A stretch of 64,000 nucleotides of DNA from Eledone cirrhosa (Eukaryota). The DNA lies in assembly GCA_964016885.1 (NCBI GenBank), contig OZ024740.1, positions 384,896,001 to 384,960,000 on the forward strand, read 5' to 3'. How positions within the stretch are numbered: the stretch's first letter is position 1; the number at the start of each line of letters is the position of its first letter. The position numbers were made by a program, and so were the translations under genes. The notes beneath the pieces were generated by a model. It was given only the letters and a program-made list of their open reading frames with translations. It had not been told where the DNA came from and did no database searches. This document shows, in pieces, positions 27,891 through 41,590 of this stretch.

Positions 27891-28200
27891 TGTGTGTGTA
27901 TGTATATATATATATGTATATATATCTATATACATGTATATATATATACGCATACACACACACATATAAATATATATATACATATATATATATATATTTA
28001 TTAAAATAACAGATTAAAGTTTAAGCAAATAATCTCTGCTTTCACCCTTAACGGGATCTTCTGAAACTATCGAGCCCACTTTGGATTTTAGTCTTCAAAT
28101 TTATTATTATTACTATATATACATATATATAGATATATAAGCAAGTATTGCACCAAGAAAGATATAAACGTCGGCCCTCAAGGAGATTAGGAATTTATTT

Positions 28201-29261
28201 GCTTTAACATATGTTTCTTTGTCTATTATAATCATCTACATATGCTGACTACTATATATTGTTCAGTCATATGGAATACTTAATTATTTATCACACTTCA
28301 TCAGAAAGCCTATAAGAGTGAAGTGACTATTCACTACGCGTTAGAATTCAGGAATGTGATTTTTGTTGAATAAAATGTAAATAGGTGAAAATGACAATAA
28401 AACTAGAATGAAATAGAGTCAGTTAGTGGGATAGTAGAGAGGAGAGAGAGTGGGGGTAAAGAATTTCACATTATCAATCAGTGTGATGTGAAACAATTAT
28501 TCTTTGACCATTGGTATGGGAGAAGGTTTTGATGTTTACCATATATGGTTGATGAGGTAGAGAAGAGATGAGATGAGGTAGATAAAGAGGACAGAAAAGG
28601 AGAGGGTAGAAATGTATTGTAGGGTAGAGTGGGTAAGGAGAAAGGAATTAAGTAAATGAGATTGCTTTGAATATTACTTAATTTTTGGGGTAAGTGTGAA
28701 AAGTTCAAATGTCACAGGAAATATACTAAATAGGGTGTAGTAAAACATAGGTATTAGTGATGGAATCTTGTTCTAGTCCAGTTTAATGAAGGTTTTTAGA
28801 ACATTGTGTTTGCATTTAAATATCCTATCATGCCGGAAATTTAGAAGGTTCTTTCCAGTCACTATTTCAATTAACCCCGCCAAACATAGCTGACGGGGGC
28901 GTCTTTCATTCCGACATGGAATTTCAGCCCGGACCATTGTAATGTGTATTCAATATTAGCGCGCTTTAGATCACATATTTTTTTCGCCATAGCCGTAGAT
29001 CTAGCTAAACTTGGGTTTTAAAACGTGTGGGTGTCCACATACCATCTTTTCTTGACAATATTCGAAGTGGCACCCACATATTTATATATTCCCAGTTTAG
29101 ATTTGACCACACACTGGTAAATGATATTTTTGTACAAACATTTACCCGATAACGGCCAATTGTTGGGATTTCTGCAGTTGTAGTTTGTCCATGTAGACTG
29201 TGTAGTTTCTTCTCCAGTTCCTGTGTTGGAGGTGTTATTCCGGATATTTTCTTGTTGCTCC

Positions 29262-29262
<1 letters not shown>
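28201..29262 (-). mobile_element. 3' portion of a Penelope-type element: GIY-YIG remnant plus terminal HHR-like motif
   Basis: Minus-strand translation NCRNPNNWPLSGKCLYKNIIYQCVVKSKLGIYKYVGATSNIVKKRWY (~29030-29185). Downstream lies GCTTT-CTGATGA...GAAAC-ATAT-GTT-AAAGC (28201-28309). Confidence 0.75.
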
Positions 29263-29300
<38 letters not shown>

Positions 29301-29433
29301 GTTTATAACCTATGTTTATACCTCTGGTTTTTTAGCCATTGGAGCGCATGCCAGCATGTCTTTGAATTTGCGTTACGTATCGCTTTTTCTACCCGCCGAA
29401 ATGCGATTCTCGCTGAATATATATATGTATATA

Positions 29434-29514
<81 letters not shown>

Positions 29515-29516
<2 letters not shown>

Positions 29517-30740
29517 GATAGACTCGCCCATAGTATTTCTATGTATGAGCGTTCAACTTGAGAGACATATTCGTCCCTCCATATTTCCGAAAATAACTGA
29601 ACAATCTTACGAACCAGGTTATGACCACCATATTTGGAAATTTCATGTGGGAAAACATCTTTACTAGGAGATATTTTTGATGGCAGTTGCTTGATAGCGG
29701 CTTGTACTTCATTCAAGCTTCGATTAAATGTTAATTCGCGTATTTCTGACCTTACATCTTCATCTATATTTGACTTGGCATATAGGAACTTTAGAAAGTT
29801 TCCTTCCATCAAGAGAGTACCTCAGCTTTGTTTGTATATAGGATAGATTGGATTTAACCTGCTCACTCTCTCGTACCATACACTGCTTTCAGACCATTAT
29901 AACGGGCGATTGAGTCCTTTTTATCAGCTTCTTGTAGTTCAACTGGTGTAGCTTCTCACCAGGCATCGTTCATCTTTCTAAGTGAGGACTGTTCCAACTT
30001 CTTACAATCCTTATAGACTCCCTATGTAGTTGTTGGGTTTTCATCTCCAATCCAAAGCTTGTGTATGTTATGCTTCGCGCTGAAAAGATTCTGGACATTT
30101 GAGTTACTTTCATCAAACCAGTCCTGGTGTTTTCACATAGAAAATGCTAAGATTTCTAAGGAGGCTGTAAAGATGGAAGTTATCTTTCAACGCTTTCCGG
30201 GTAGCCTCAATGTCATGAGAAATCTGGAGAGAGTCGAGGGATGAGTCACGTTTAGCAGAAAGTTCCAGCATTCTAACAGTGGATCTCAAATATAGGTAGG
30301 TTTTGAAAACGTCGTTTGTTGGGAAGATCGAATGAATCCTTACTGCACAGTAGTGTCTGATCCGAGAGATAGAAAGAAGAGTAAAAAGAGCGAGTGATTT
30401 TGAAATATTTTACTTTACACTTGTGTGTGGTTTATATAGTCAATAATGTCACAATCCTTGGATCTAAGATGCATCCATGTTGTTTTATGTTTTGCAGGTT
30501 GCTGGAAAAGCTGTTAATGATGCTAATTTCAAATTTCTTGCAGAGTGAAAGCAGACTAAGCCCATTTTATTTCATAACTCCGATTCCATTAAATCCAGTG
30601 ACGTCATGCCATGTTTGATAGTCATTTCTAACTTTAATATTGAAATGTTCCATTATGATGAGCTGGTATTTTAATGGAACAGTGGAGAACTCTGTGTGAA
30701 GCTGATCATAGAATGTTTCGATATCCTGGTCAGATTAATT
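29515..30740 (-). mobile_element. Degraded RTE/BovB-type LINE (APE endonuclease to start of RT)
   Basis: Translated remnants IIMEHFNIKV..GFNGIG..KTTWMHLRSK..IIDYI and EVQAAIKQL..SPSKDVFPHEISKYGG..LFSEIW. Confidence 0.75.
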
Positions 30741-31028
30741 AAATGCTTTGGTTTGTTTGGATAACTAAACAGCCGCAGTTAACTGCAAAGTTAAAAGGTT
30801 GAGCAAGCATTTGTTTAGAGCTCTTTCAACCGCTTCCTTCTTGTGTAGAAAAATTAGTGCTATGTCGGAAAAGACCTGTTTTGTCACCATCAGAAGACAT
30901 GAACAGTGTCAAGTTGTACTGGCTTTCATGTTACCAGCAGCGCTGAAAGGCAAACCTCCTGAGTGTGCATTTATGTGTGAGTGTTGAATTTATATAGAAG
31001 TACACCTATTTGTATGTGTATATATATG

Positions 31029-31094
<66 letters not shown>

Positions 31095-31141
31095 GTATTT
31101 ATATGTATGAATGCATGTATATATATATATATACATATATA

Positions 31142-31310
31142 TTCTTCTTCTTCACCCAGTCAGTACTAGGAGGGTCGTCGGGGCAGAGTCCTCAAACACC
31201 CTCTCCAGCGAGTCCTGTCAGAAGCAACCGGCTGGATCCCCAATCGAGAGCAGCCAAGCTCATAGATTTTATCAAACCATCTTGCTTGCGGTCTACCACT
31301 GGGGTTCTGT
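31142..31310 (-). mobile_element. RTE-like LINE 3' end
   Basis: Translation ..GRPQARWFDKI.., followed by a (GAA)n tail. Confidence 0.6.
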
Positions 31311-31459
31311 ATATTTCTTATTCATTAAAATTCGCAACATTACTGAAGGATGTTTAAATCTTTGATAATGATATTGTCATCCTTAACCCAAATGGGGAGC
31401 ATCGGATTCATGGAGGAGGAAACACGAACCCATACACAAACAAATTAGTGTACATATTA

Positions 31460-31765
31460 ATATATTTCAAACAACAGGAGGCCGGACTGTTGATGTTCCT
31501 TTAAAGATTTATTTTTGCAAATAAAAGAATTACGGCAAACACAAACAGAGAAAATATGGAAAAAATGATTTGCTTCGGAGATGGCCCGCGACATAGGTAT
31601 TATTGTTGCCGCAGACCATCCACGAATTCCTTGATCGATTAACTAATTATGCAATCCGAACCTGGGTGTGTCGCCAGGATCTTACGTAACCAGGCCAGTG
31701 ATTTTGCAACAATAAAACATTAAAGGAATATTACCAGTCCGGCCTCCTGTTATTTTAATAAAACT
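31460..31765. repeat. Inverted-repeat (MITE-like/fold-back) element
   Basis: AACAGGAGGCCGGACTG.TGATGTTCCTTTAA pairs with TTAAAGGAATATTACCAGTCCGGCCTCCTGTT. Confidence 0.65.
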
Positions 31766-31909
31766 AATATTCCACGCCCTTTCATGCACTAACCACAGGG
31801 TTCAACATCAACGATGGATAAGTTGCGTAACGTAGATTGCTTTTCTTACTATCACATCATGATTAGCTAAACAGAATGTCCAGTTCTATCCAGTGGTGAA
31901 CCACTAAAC

Positions 31910-31966
<57 letters not shown>

Positions 31967-32016
31967 AAGATTGAAGAATAACATGGTCGGCTGTACAACA
32001 AGGAGTTTTATTTCAA

Positions 32017-32127
32017 GTATTAACAATTGTTTCATTGATCAGGTGAGTCTAAAGGCCGCTAATCACTCGAAGTTGCGTCACTCGACCTTAAATACAGTGT
32101 TTAGCTCTGATCAAATCATCAGAATAC
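32017..32127 (-). ncRNA. HHR with a ~64-nt insert in loop II
   Basis: GTATT-CTGATGA-TTTGATCAG..CTGATCAAT-GAAAC-AATT-GTT-AATAC. Confidence 0.7.
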
Positions 32128-32754
32128 TAGAGATTTCACATATGGCAATGGTATATATAGATATAGCGTAGAATCAAAACAATAACATCAATAATAAAAT
32201 ATAATGATAACGAGGTAAAGAAGTTACAGATGTAAAAAGTAAAAAAATATTTTAAAAATATAAGTACAGAATACGATAGCTGATAATAGTGGTGGTAGTG
32301 AGTAAGTGTATGTATAAAGATGTGAGGGTGGAGGTAATACTAACATGAAAAACAACATTACATACATACGTAGAGGTCAAAGAGGTAGTAAGAAATGACA
32401 GATAAAAGATAAAAAACAATAAATTAAAAATTAAGTGAGAGTTACGAGGATGAGACATAAGGGCTAAGGACAGGGAAGGAGGATTTTGATATGTGTGTGG
32501 TAAATGTTTAGCCTGCTGATTGTCTTATCTTAATGGGGTTGATGTGGCTTTAGGGAGAGAGAGTGAAAGAAAGATTAGGAGATTTATGATGTTGATCTAG
32601 TGACCAGCCGGTCAGTTGACAGCTAATAACAGTGTGGTGGTATCTATTCCGTACATTAAAATCCGGGTGGTTCAGCTCGAATTTTGAGATTGCTGGGTCG
32701 AATCATGTGGGTTTGAAATTTGTGAACTTGGTAGCTGATAATAGTGATGGTAAT

Positions 32755-33177
32755 GAGTCAGGAGTTAACAAGGTGTTATGCTTGAGAGAACACAATTACA
32801 GCAGCACTGGTGGAAAGTGTAGGAGGTATAAGCAAAAGATACAGACAAAAAAAAGTTATAAACATGGAAAAATGTGGGATAGGATAGACATAAGTTATAA
32901 GATATAAGATATCTTAACATTGAAGAACAGTTGATGTTATGGGTGTATAATGCAGTTGTCAATACAGTCAATAAGGCATGTGTGAGGAAAGAGTTATAAT
33001 ACAGTTGAAATAAACATATTTCGTGTGGAATGTTAAAGCATGTTATAAGTTATACACTTATAACATGGTTTAACATCCAACGCGAAATATGATTATTTCA
33101 ACTGTATTATAACTGTATTATAAGTGGTGCCTGTAATTGTGTTCTCTCAACCATAACACCTTGTTAACTCCTGACTC
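32755..33177. repeat. Nested inverted repeats
   Basis: Outer arms at 32755-32808 and 33122-33177; inner palindrome at 32994-33112. Confidence 0.75.
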
Positions 33178-33267
33178 TCCACATGATATCTATGACACTA
33201 ATAACAATTATGTACCCTAAATGTTCTGAATGACTAGGATTTTAGTCACATGCTTCGACATTCCCTA

Positions 33268-33314
33268 TGCTCTGATGATTCCAGACTTCCCTCTGGAAGA
33301 AACAATTGTCAGCA
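33268..33314 (+). ncRNA. Minimal type I HHR
   Basis: TGCT-CTGATGA-TTCCAGA(CTTCCC)TCTGGAA-GAAAC-AATT-GTC-AGCA, followed by AATAAA. Confidence 0.8.
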
Positions 33315-33903
33315 AATAAATGTTCTAAACTAAAATGTTATCGTTTTAACACTTTGTATATATATATATACCGGGTATGGAACCGTACATTACGTTTACG
33401 AAAAATTGAGAATTTTGAACTACGATCATACATAATCCTGAAAGGTTGATCTTTGGGATTCTCACACGGCTGCTAAGGTATCTATGATATGATGACTGCT
33501 TAAAATACTCACAGCGAAAGTTTGTATGTATATTGTATTTTCAAACATTATACGGAACTATGTACGCTTCTATTCTTAAACAAGCTCGTACTATATGCAA
33601 ATATGCCATCAAGAAGTATGAATTATTTGCGAAATCTATGTATAAGAAGTGTTAGGTCGCATACTTCTGTATTGCGTGAGTAAACGTCACTGATAATGGA
33701 TTTACGATCCTGAAATACTAGTATTTGAGGTTCTCACACGTTGACTGAGGCAGTTAAGATTTGATTACACTGAGGCTATGTATGTTTACTATATATAAAA
33801 GCATTGTATATTATTCAATATACGCCTGTGTTATATATGGATATATATATATATATATACGTGTGTGTGCATATGTATATGTGTTTGCGTGCGAGAGAGA
33901 AGG

Positions 33904-34066
<163 letters not shown>

Positions 34067-34572
34067 GTGTGTCTGAATGTCTGGATAATTATATGTATAT
34101 ATATATATACACACAGATACATACAATACAATTTCTACTACATTATCTAAAACATACTGTAACGTAATACTCTGAAACTAATTCTAAACAAATATATGTA
34201 CTCTAACATAAACACATACTAGGATAATCACGTATAGATATATAGCTAGCATGTGTGTTTTCATTTTACAAACATTCAACATGGGACTATCAGACACAGT
34301 ATCATTTGTGTAAATAGAGGAGAATTTTCATAATTCCTATGCTTAACATTAGATAGTTGATAAGTCGGGAAGTTAGACTTTAACATGATGGACAGCAATT
34401 TCGACGATTTATGTTATTTATCTCTAGAGAGGTCCAAAGACAGCATAAAGACTGCTTTCATTCATATTCACTGAACATTACTGTGAATGATTGTGTGCGC
34501 ATACAGACTCGACTATATATATATATATTATTATTATATATATATATATATATATGTATATGTGTGTGTGTA

Positions 34573-34628
<56 letters not shown>

Positions 34629-34796
34629 TTCATACACACATATACACATACATACATATATATATATATGTATAAATGCATATATACATAAGCACATGAG
34701 TATAAATGTATTTATTTAGGTATGTTTATATTTACAAACGTATACATAAGTATGTATGTATATGCACACACACACACATACACACACGCACACAGG

Positions 34797-34836
<40 letters not shown>

Positions 34837-35089
34837 CTCATACACATATATATATATACACACATATATACACATATATATACACAAATACACACATATA
34901 CACACACACAGGCATATATATATATACACGCATACACGTACATACATACATATACATGCGTACACATAGACATATACCCAAATAAAAATATACACACACA
35001 ACAAACATACATATATATATATACACATATACATATATATACACACAGATATATACATATATATATATACACACACACACATATATATA

Positions 35090-35163
<74 letters not shown>

Positions 35164-35320
35164 TATATTTGTCTATATATATATATACATACATACACAC
35201 ACACACACGTACACATATACATACATATATGCACACGTATACACATATGTATATATATATACATACATACATAAAAATACACACATACACACATATATAT
35301 ATAAATACACATATACGCAT

Positions 35321-35402
<82 letters not shown>

Positions 35403-35728
35403 AAGTATGACTCCGACGGCAGAGCTCAAGCCGTTTCGACGGCTATTTCTGGACGTCCAGAAACAGCTTGATCTCTGCCGTCGGGGTCTTACTTTTTCCT
35501 ATTTCCCACTCTACTACCCTAAGTATTGAGTACTCTGGCGCGTTATGGACCATCTTGTTCCTTACCACAATTCCTTTGTTATATAAATATATATGTTATA
35601 TGTATATATAGATATGATTCCAGTTCCTCAGTGAAATAACAACCCAACCAGGAACTGGGCATATCAGAGTATTGACAAAGTTATACACCTCAACAACATG
35701 TGTACTCGTCTATACCACACTAATTCGG

Positions 35729-35783
35729 ACTGCCTGAAGAGGGCACAGCCAATGATGACTGTCACCGAAATATATATAGCAGT
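35729..35783 (+). ncRNA. Minimal type I HHR
   Basis: ACTGC-CTGAAGA-GGGCACAGCCAATGATGACTGTCACC-GAAAT-ATAT-ATA-GCAGT. Confidence 0.75.
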
Positions 35784-36344
35784 AATAAGTGAGGCCACAT
35801 TTTAAACATTTGACTTATTTATTTTATTTTATATATATATACATATATACATATACACACATACGCACATACATACATATACACATACATATATACTCAA
35901 ATATACACAGACTTACACATACATACATACTGCCACTCATACAAATACTTACATACATACACTACTAAATGTACACATATACACACATACATGTTTAAAA
36001 ATGAAGTACGCTCTACATGTGGTAAAAGCTGGGTTCTTATGCAACCTGGCCACTGACATATTCAGTGTTTGCAGAAATAAATAATTAAGGAAATTCAACA
36101 TATTTGGCCTCCTGTCATTTCACTTTATATATACATGTATATATACATGTATATATACACATATATATATACAAATGAATACACATATATATATACATAT
36201 ATATATATACAATATGTTGAAAAGGTAACTATGGTGTGTTACCTTTTCAACATGTTGTATTTTAAAGAGCTCAGGATTTCTTCTCCTTTGAGCACATTGT
36301 TTACAGGGAATGGCGAGGGCCTATGGCTCCGTTAATTTATCGTG

Positions 36345-36375
<31 letters not shown>

Positions 36376-36923
36376 GAGGTGGGGGGTGCGCGCGTGTGTG
36401 TGTGTGTTTAAACGGTCGTTGCGCGGTACGTTTTATCTGCTCCATAACCGACAGACCATGGTGAACCGCACATCTCTGTTCTGTGAACCACTTACACACA
36501 CACACACACACATACAAACACACACATGTACTTATATATATATATATATATATGTAGCTTGACATCACCGAATAGCAGCGTAAACATAGCCGCTGGTTAA
36601 GGGCTTTGTTTCACAACCACGTGGCTTTTCGGTTAAGCCATACTATGTGGTACCTCGGCAAGTGACTTCTACAATAACCCCTGAAAAATCAATGGCTTGT
36701 GAGTGAAATAATATAAATATGAAAAATGCGTGGAAAGCCACTGTGTTAATGTGGCCATATATATATATATATTTATATGTAATATTTGTTTATATCTCGT
36801 GATCTTGCGGTTAGACATTAGGAAATCGATAAAGTAAGTACCCAGTTGGTGGGTTCGAAATTAACAACAAAATCCGTTCAAGACTGTGTCCAAGCAAGGC
36901 CGAAGTCATATGACTAAAGCGGT

Positions 36924-37021
<98 letters not shown>

Positions 37022-37145
37022 CATATACGCATATGTGTAACGATCACGCACAATCACGCACACATAGACATATAAATCATTTCGATGACTTTTTCCTTAA
37101 TTCCCTTAACTCTAGTCAAACGGAAAAATCGAAACGAATACATTG

Positions 37146-37229
<84 letters not shown>

Positions 37230-39202
37230 TTGTTTGTTGTGAAACGTACATAGTTATACATATCCACACTCATACAGCTATGTACATACATATACTCTTC
37301 ATATATATATATATATTTAAATAAATAAAATTGGTATAATAAATGTGAAGATAAAATTAATATAATAAACAGGAAAATAGAACAAATCGAAAATGAACAA
37401 ATGAAAGCGACTTTGTTGTTATTTTCTGTTATTTTATTTTATAACAACAACATTAATAATATTAATAATAATAACAACAACAATAACAACAATCGAAAAA
37501 AATACTAGCAATAATAGTAAAATTAATACAATAATGTGACAAATAAATTCTACAAATAGAATATATAAATTGTTTGCATATATTTATATATATGTATGTA
37601 TGCATGCGTATGTATATATGTATTCATGTGTATGTATATATGTATGTATGTGTATGTATGTATATATGTATATATATGCATGTGTGTGTGTGTGTTTGTG
37701 TGTGTCCACCCCAAATAATGATATATACTAAATGAAAAATAGTAATACAATATATCAAAACATATTACAAATTTGGTTGTTATTGTTTTGTTTTGTCCAA
37801 CCCAAACCTTACCCTCTATAGGAACTTGTGGTAATCTGTTTCGATATTGATGAGTTCTTTGTTATCGAGCTAGTATGACGAAATATTGGAAATTATTCGA
37901 TATACATACATAGAGACGTACATATATAAATATATAATTATGATTGAATGTATTTATGTCGGTACGGATTCGTGTATATGTATATATTTGTATGTTATAT
38001 TTGATTATATGTTGCTATGTCGGTCGGTAGGGAGGCAGATAGCTAGGTTGGTGGTTTATAGTGATACATATGTATGTATGCATGGGTGTATGCATATATG
38101 TTTGTATACACGCTTACATATATATATATATATTTATGTGTGTATGTGTATATGTGATGCTTATGTATGCATGTGTCTGTATATATATATATGTATACAT
38201 ATACTTTATATATATATATATATAGGGAGAGAGACAGAGAGACCTAAAGAAGTTTATGTTTAATAAATTTTGAACAGGTCTTCGTGAAACACGAATGTGT
38301 TGAAATAATTTTGGCAATATTCCACAGACGTTGATGATAGAAGAAAGGCTTGCCGTAGGAGTGGTTTGCATCGGATGGAAACAATGCATAATTTGTGAGT
38401 TACCTGTTGTGTAAGTCTTAGTTACCTGTTAGCTAATGTTAGTTACTTGGTTCAGAATTGTGGAGTTGGCAGAGATTTCATATAGTGTTTAGTTTCGCCT
38501 TTCTTTATGTTTGTGTTCAAATACCACTAGTCTATACAAAGATAAGTTCTACTTGATTATTTGTGATGCTTGTATCACCCTGTTAAATTGCCCTTAAATC
38601 ACAATCTGCTTTTGACGGGACGAATTGGACATATTTTGTCTGTTTGAAAATAAAGATGGGGTGGGTACGGTTGCAAAAGGTTGATTATAGATCTGTCTAG
38701 CTACAACAGCACTGCCTCATGAATGCCCCAAGGTTGATAATATGAGTTCAAGTAATATTGCAACTCCGATTAATCGATAACAACTTATATCAGCTAGCGG
38801 AAGAAATCAATAATTATTTCTTCAAAGACACTCTAAGTCTTTATATACTTTTAATCACCACTTCAAGCAATTTTGCTTCACTTACATGTTCAATGTCCAC
38901 GGAAAGGATGGGCATCCTAATGTACTTCTTTTTTTTTTATACAGATTCTTTATGTTTTAGTCAAAAATAAACCAATGTAAGTAAAACAATGCCCAATACA
39001 TTATGTTGATTATTTTCTTCTTCTTTTATTTAGTTTAAGATATTGTTATTTTATATGTACATGAACGGCTACTGCTTTCAAAGTTTGTAGTCAGATATTA
39101 TCTGACCAAGTAATTTGACTGCTACTTATTTGCTCGAGCTTGTAAGATACGAAATGCAAAGTGAAAATTATAGTGAAAAGAAGAGAATTCAATTGAACAC
39201 AA

Positions 39203-39397
39203 ATAATTGTTCTACAATTTTGGCACAAGGCCAGCAATTATCCCAGTGCATTACTGGCACTTTATTTTATTGACCCCGTAAGGATGAAAGGGAAAGTTAA
39301 CCTCGGCGGGATTTGAACTCAGACCATAAAGGGACGAACCTCTATCCTGCAAAATATGGCGTCCGACCTGCTACTGATACTGCCAATCCACTTCCCT
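39203..39397 (-). mobile_element. tRNA-derived SINE copy
   Basis: Reverse complement matches 15773-15966. Confidence 0.85.
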
Positions 39398-39459
39398 ATT
39401 AAACATAAATAATGCAGAGTATTCCTGCCCGAAAGTACTAGTCTCCATTCAACGGTAAT

Positions 39460-39502
<43 letters not shown>

Positions 39503-39663
39503 GTATTAATTATACTATTTATGGTTATGCAAATACAAAAACCTTTTGCAGTTATATATATTTTTATAAACCCTAAATAGTGGTAGGCAGTAATATATTA
39601 CTACCTTATTACCAGTAAGTTAAATAGCTCAATGTAATAACATCAGATGATTTACAGAGCAGT

Positions 39664-39890
39664 TATATGAATTATAAGAATCAAAGAACTGTTCAAAACA
39701 TTGTTATGCTTACAACTGTTTCCTCCAAACCGAGGTTTGGATTCTTCGGAGCAATTTATTATTGAATGAACACAATATAAGTGTTCATTCAATAATAAAT
39801 TGCTCCGAAGAATCCAAACCTCGGTTTGGAGGAAACAGTTGTAAGCATAAAAATGTTTTGAACAGTTCTTTGATTCTTATAATTCATATA
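39664..39890. repeat. Near-perfect 110-bp-arm palindrome; each arm carries an HHR variant with a CCGAAGA core
   Basis: Arms at 39664-39773 and 39781-39890. TGCT-CCGAAGA-ATCCAAACCTCGGTTTGGAG-GAAAC-AGTT-GTA-AGCA at 39801-39847. Confidence 0.8.
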
Positions 39891-40059
39891 TATATATATA
39901 TATACATACACAGGCACAAAAACAAACATACACACACACATACACAAAGCTGGCTGATAGATAGACAGGAAGCTAGGTAGAAAGAAAGATAGATAGAATG
40001 ATTGTTTGATAGATGGATTGATTGACTGATATTTATTATATATAGATATATAAGTAGAA

Positions 40060-41590
40060 GGGGTATTTAATTTGTTGGAAGTCCGACAAATATAGATGTT
40101 TATAACTGATTTAGAGCACTCAACAAATTACTGGAGTAAATATTCAATGATATTAAATAAATGGAACCTATATTTATAAAACCATATTTATTTTATTATA
40201 TCTATTTCAAGGGTACCAAGACAACATTGGTACGCTTTCATCAGATAAAATACAAAGTTTGTTTTATAAATAGAGACATACCCATGAAAATCATACCTTA
40301 TCGGTTTGAAATTCACTACTGGATAGTGGAAATATATTAGGGATTATTCAAACTTATGTGTGAATATGCAAATGAATATGTAAATAATTGAAAAACAATC
40401 GTTTATTTAAACGACACTGGAGAAAGAGAGAGAGAAGATATAATGGGAGAAAGATAAAAAATAGTACGAGAGAGAGAAGAAATAAACAAGAGAGGATGAA
40501 TAAAAACTCATATAACGTTAATTAGGGGGAAATATATTCTAAGTATATATCTTAATAGTACGTGTATTTACGATTATTAGTTGTTTAAAATTCGTTTATA
40601 ATATATTTTCTGTTATAAGTAGATAAATAAAGAAATAAATAAATAAATAGATAGGTATATATAGATAATTGTTTTAATGAGTTATGAGGGATATTGGTTT
40701 TGTATTTAATGTAAGTAAATATTAAGTTAAATTAAATTAAATTAACTGAGTTAATAAGAATATTTATATTTATATATTTTAAAATGGGAATATACGGAAA
40801 AACCCCAGTTCGATTTATTTATTCGTTAGTATGAGACTATTTAGTCATATTAAGTTATATTTAGCCAGAATCAGTTAGTGGTCATAAATCTAATAAAAAA
40901 TATTGAAAAAATATTAGAAATTTGAGAAATCTTTTTTAATTATTTTTCCGTATCTCCCCATTTTAAAATATATAAATATAAATATTCTTATTAACTCAGT
41001 TAATTTAATTTAATTTAACTTAATATTTACTTACATTAAATACAAAACCAATATCCCTCATAACTCATTAAAACAATTATCTATAACATGATATACCCAT
41101 CTATTTTTTTATCTATTTATTTATTGATGTATTTGTTTGTTTATTTATTTATCTACTTATAACAGAAAATATTATATTATAAACGAATTTTAAACATCTA
41201 ATAATCGTAAATACACGTACTATTAACATATATACTTAGAATATATTTCCCCCAAATTAACGTTATATGAGTTATATTCATCCTCTCTTGTTTATTTCTT
41301 CTCTCTCTTGTACTATTTTTTATCTTTCTCCCATTATATCTTCTCTCTCTCTCTCTCTCTCTTCTCCAGTGTCGTTTAAATAAACGCTTGTTTTTCAATT
41401 ATTTACATATTCATTTGCATATTCACACATAAGTTTGAATAATCCCTAATATATTTCCACTATCCAGTGAATTTCAAACCGATAAGGTATGATTTTCATG
41501 GGTATGTCTCTATTTATAAAACAAACTTTGTATTTTATCTGATGAAAGCGTACCAATGTTGTATTGGTACCCGTGAAATATATATAATAT
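40060..41590. mobile_element. Large fold-back element with ~600-bp inverted arms and an HHR motif at each outer end
   Basis: Arms at ~40193-40802 and ~40942-41590. TTAT-CTGATGA-AAGCGTACCAA..TTGGTACCC.T-GAAAT-NNAT-ATA-ATA occurs at 40193-40248 (-) and 41535-41590 (+). Confidence 0.75.
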
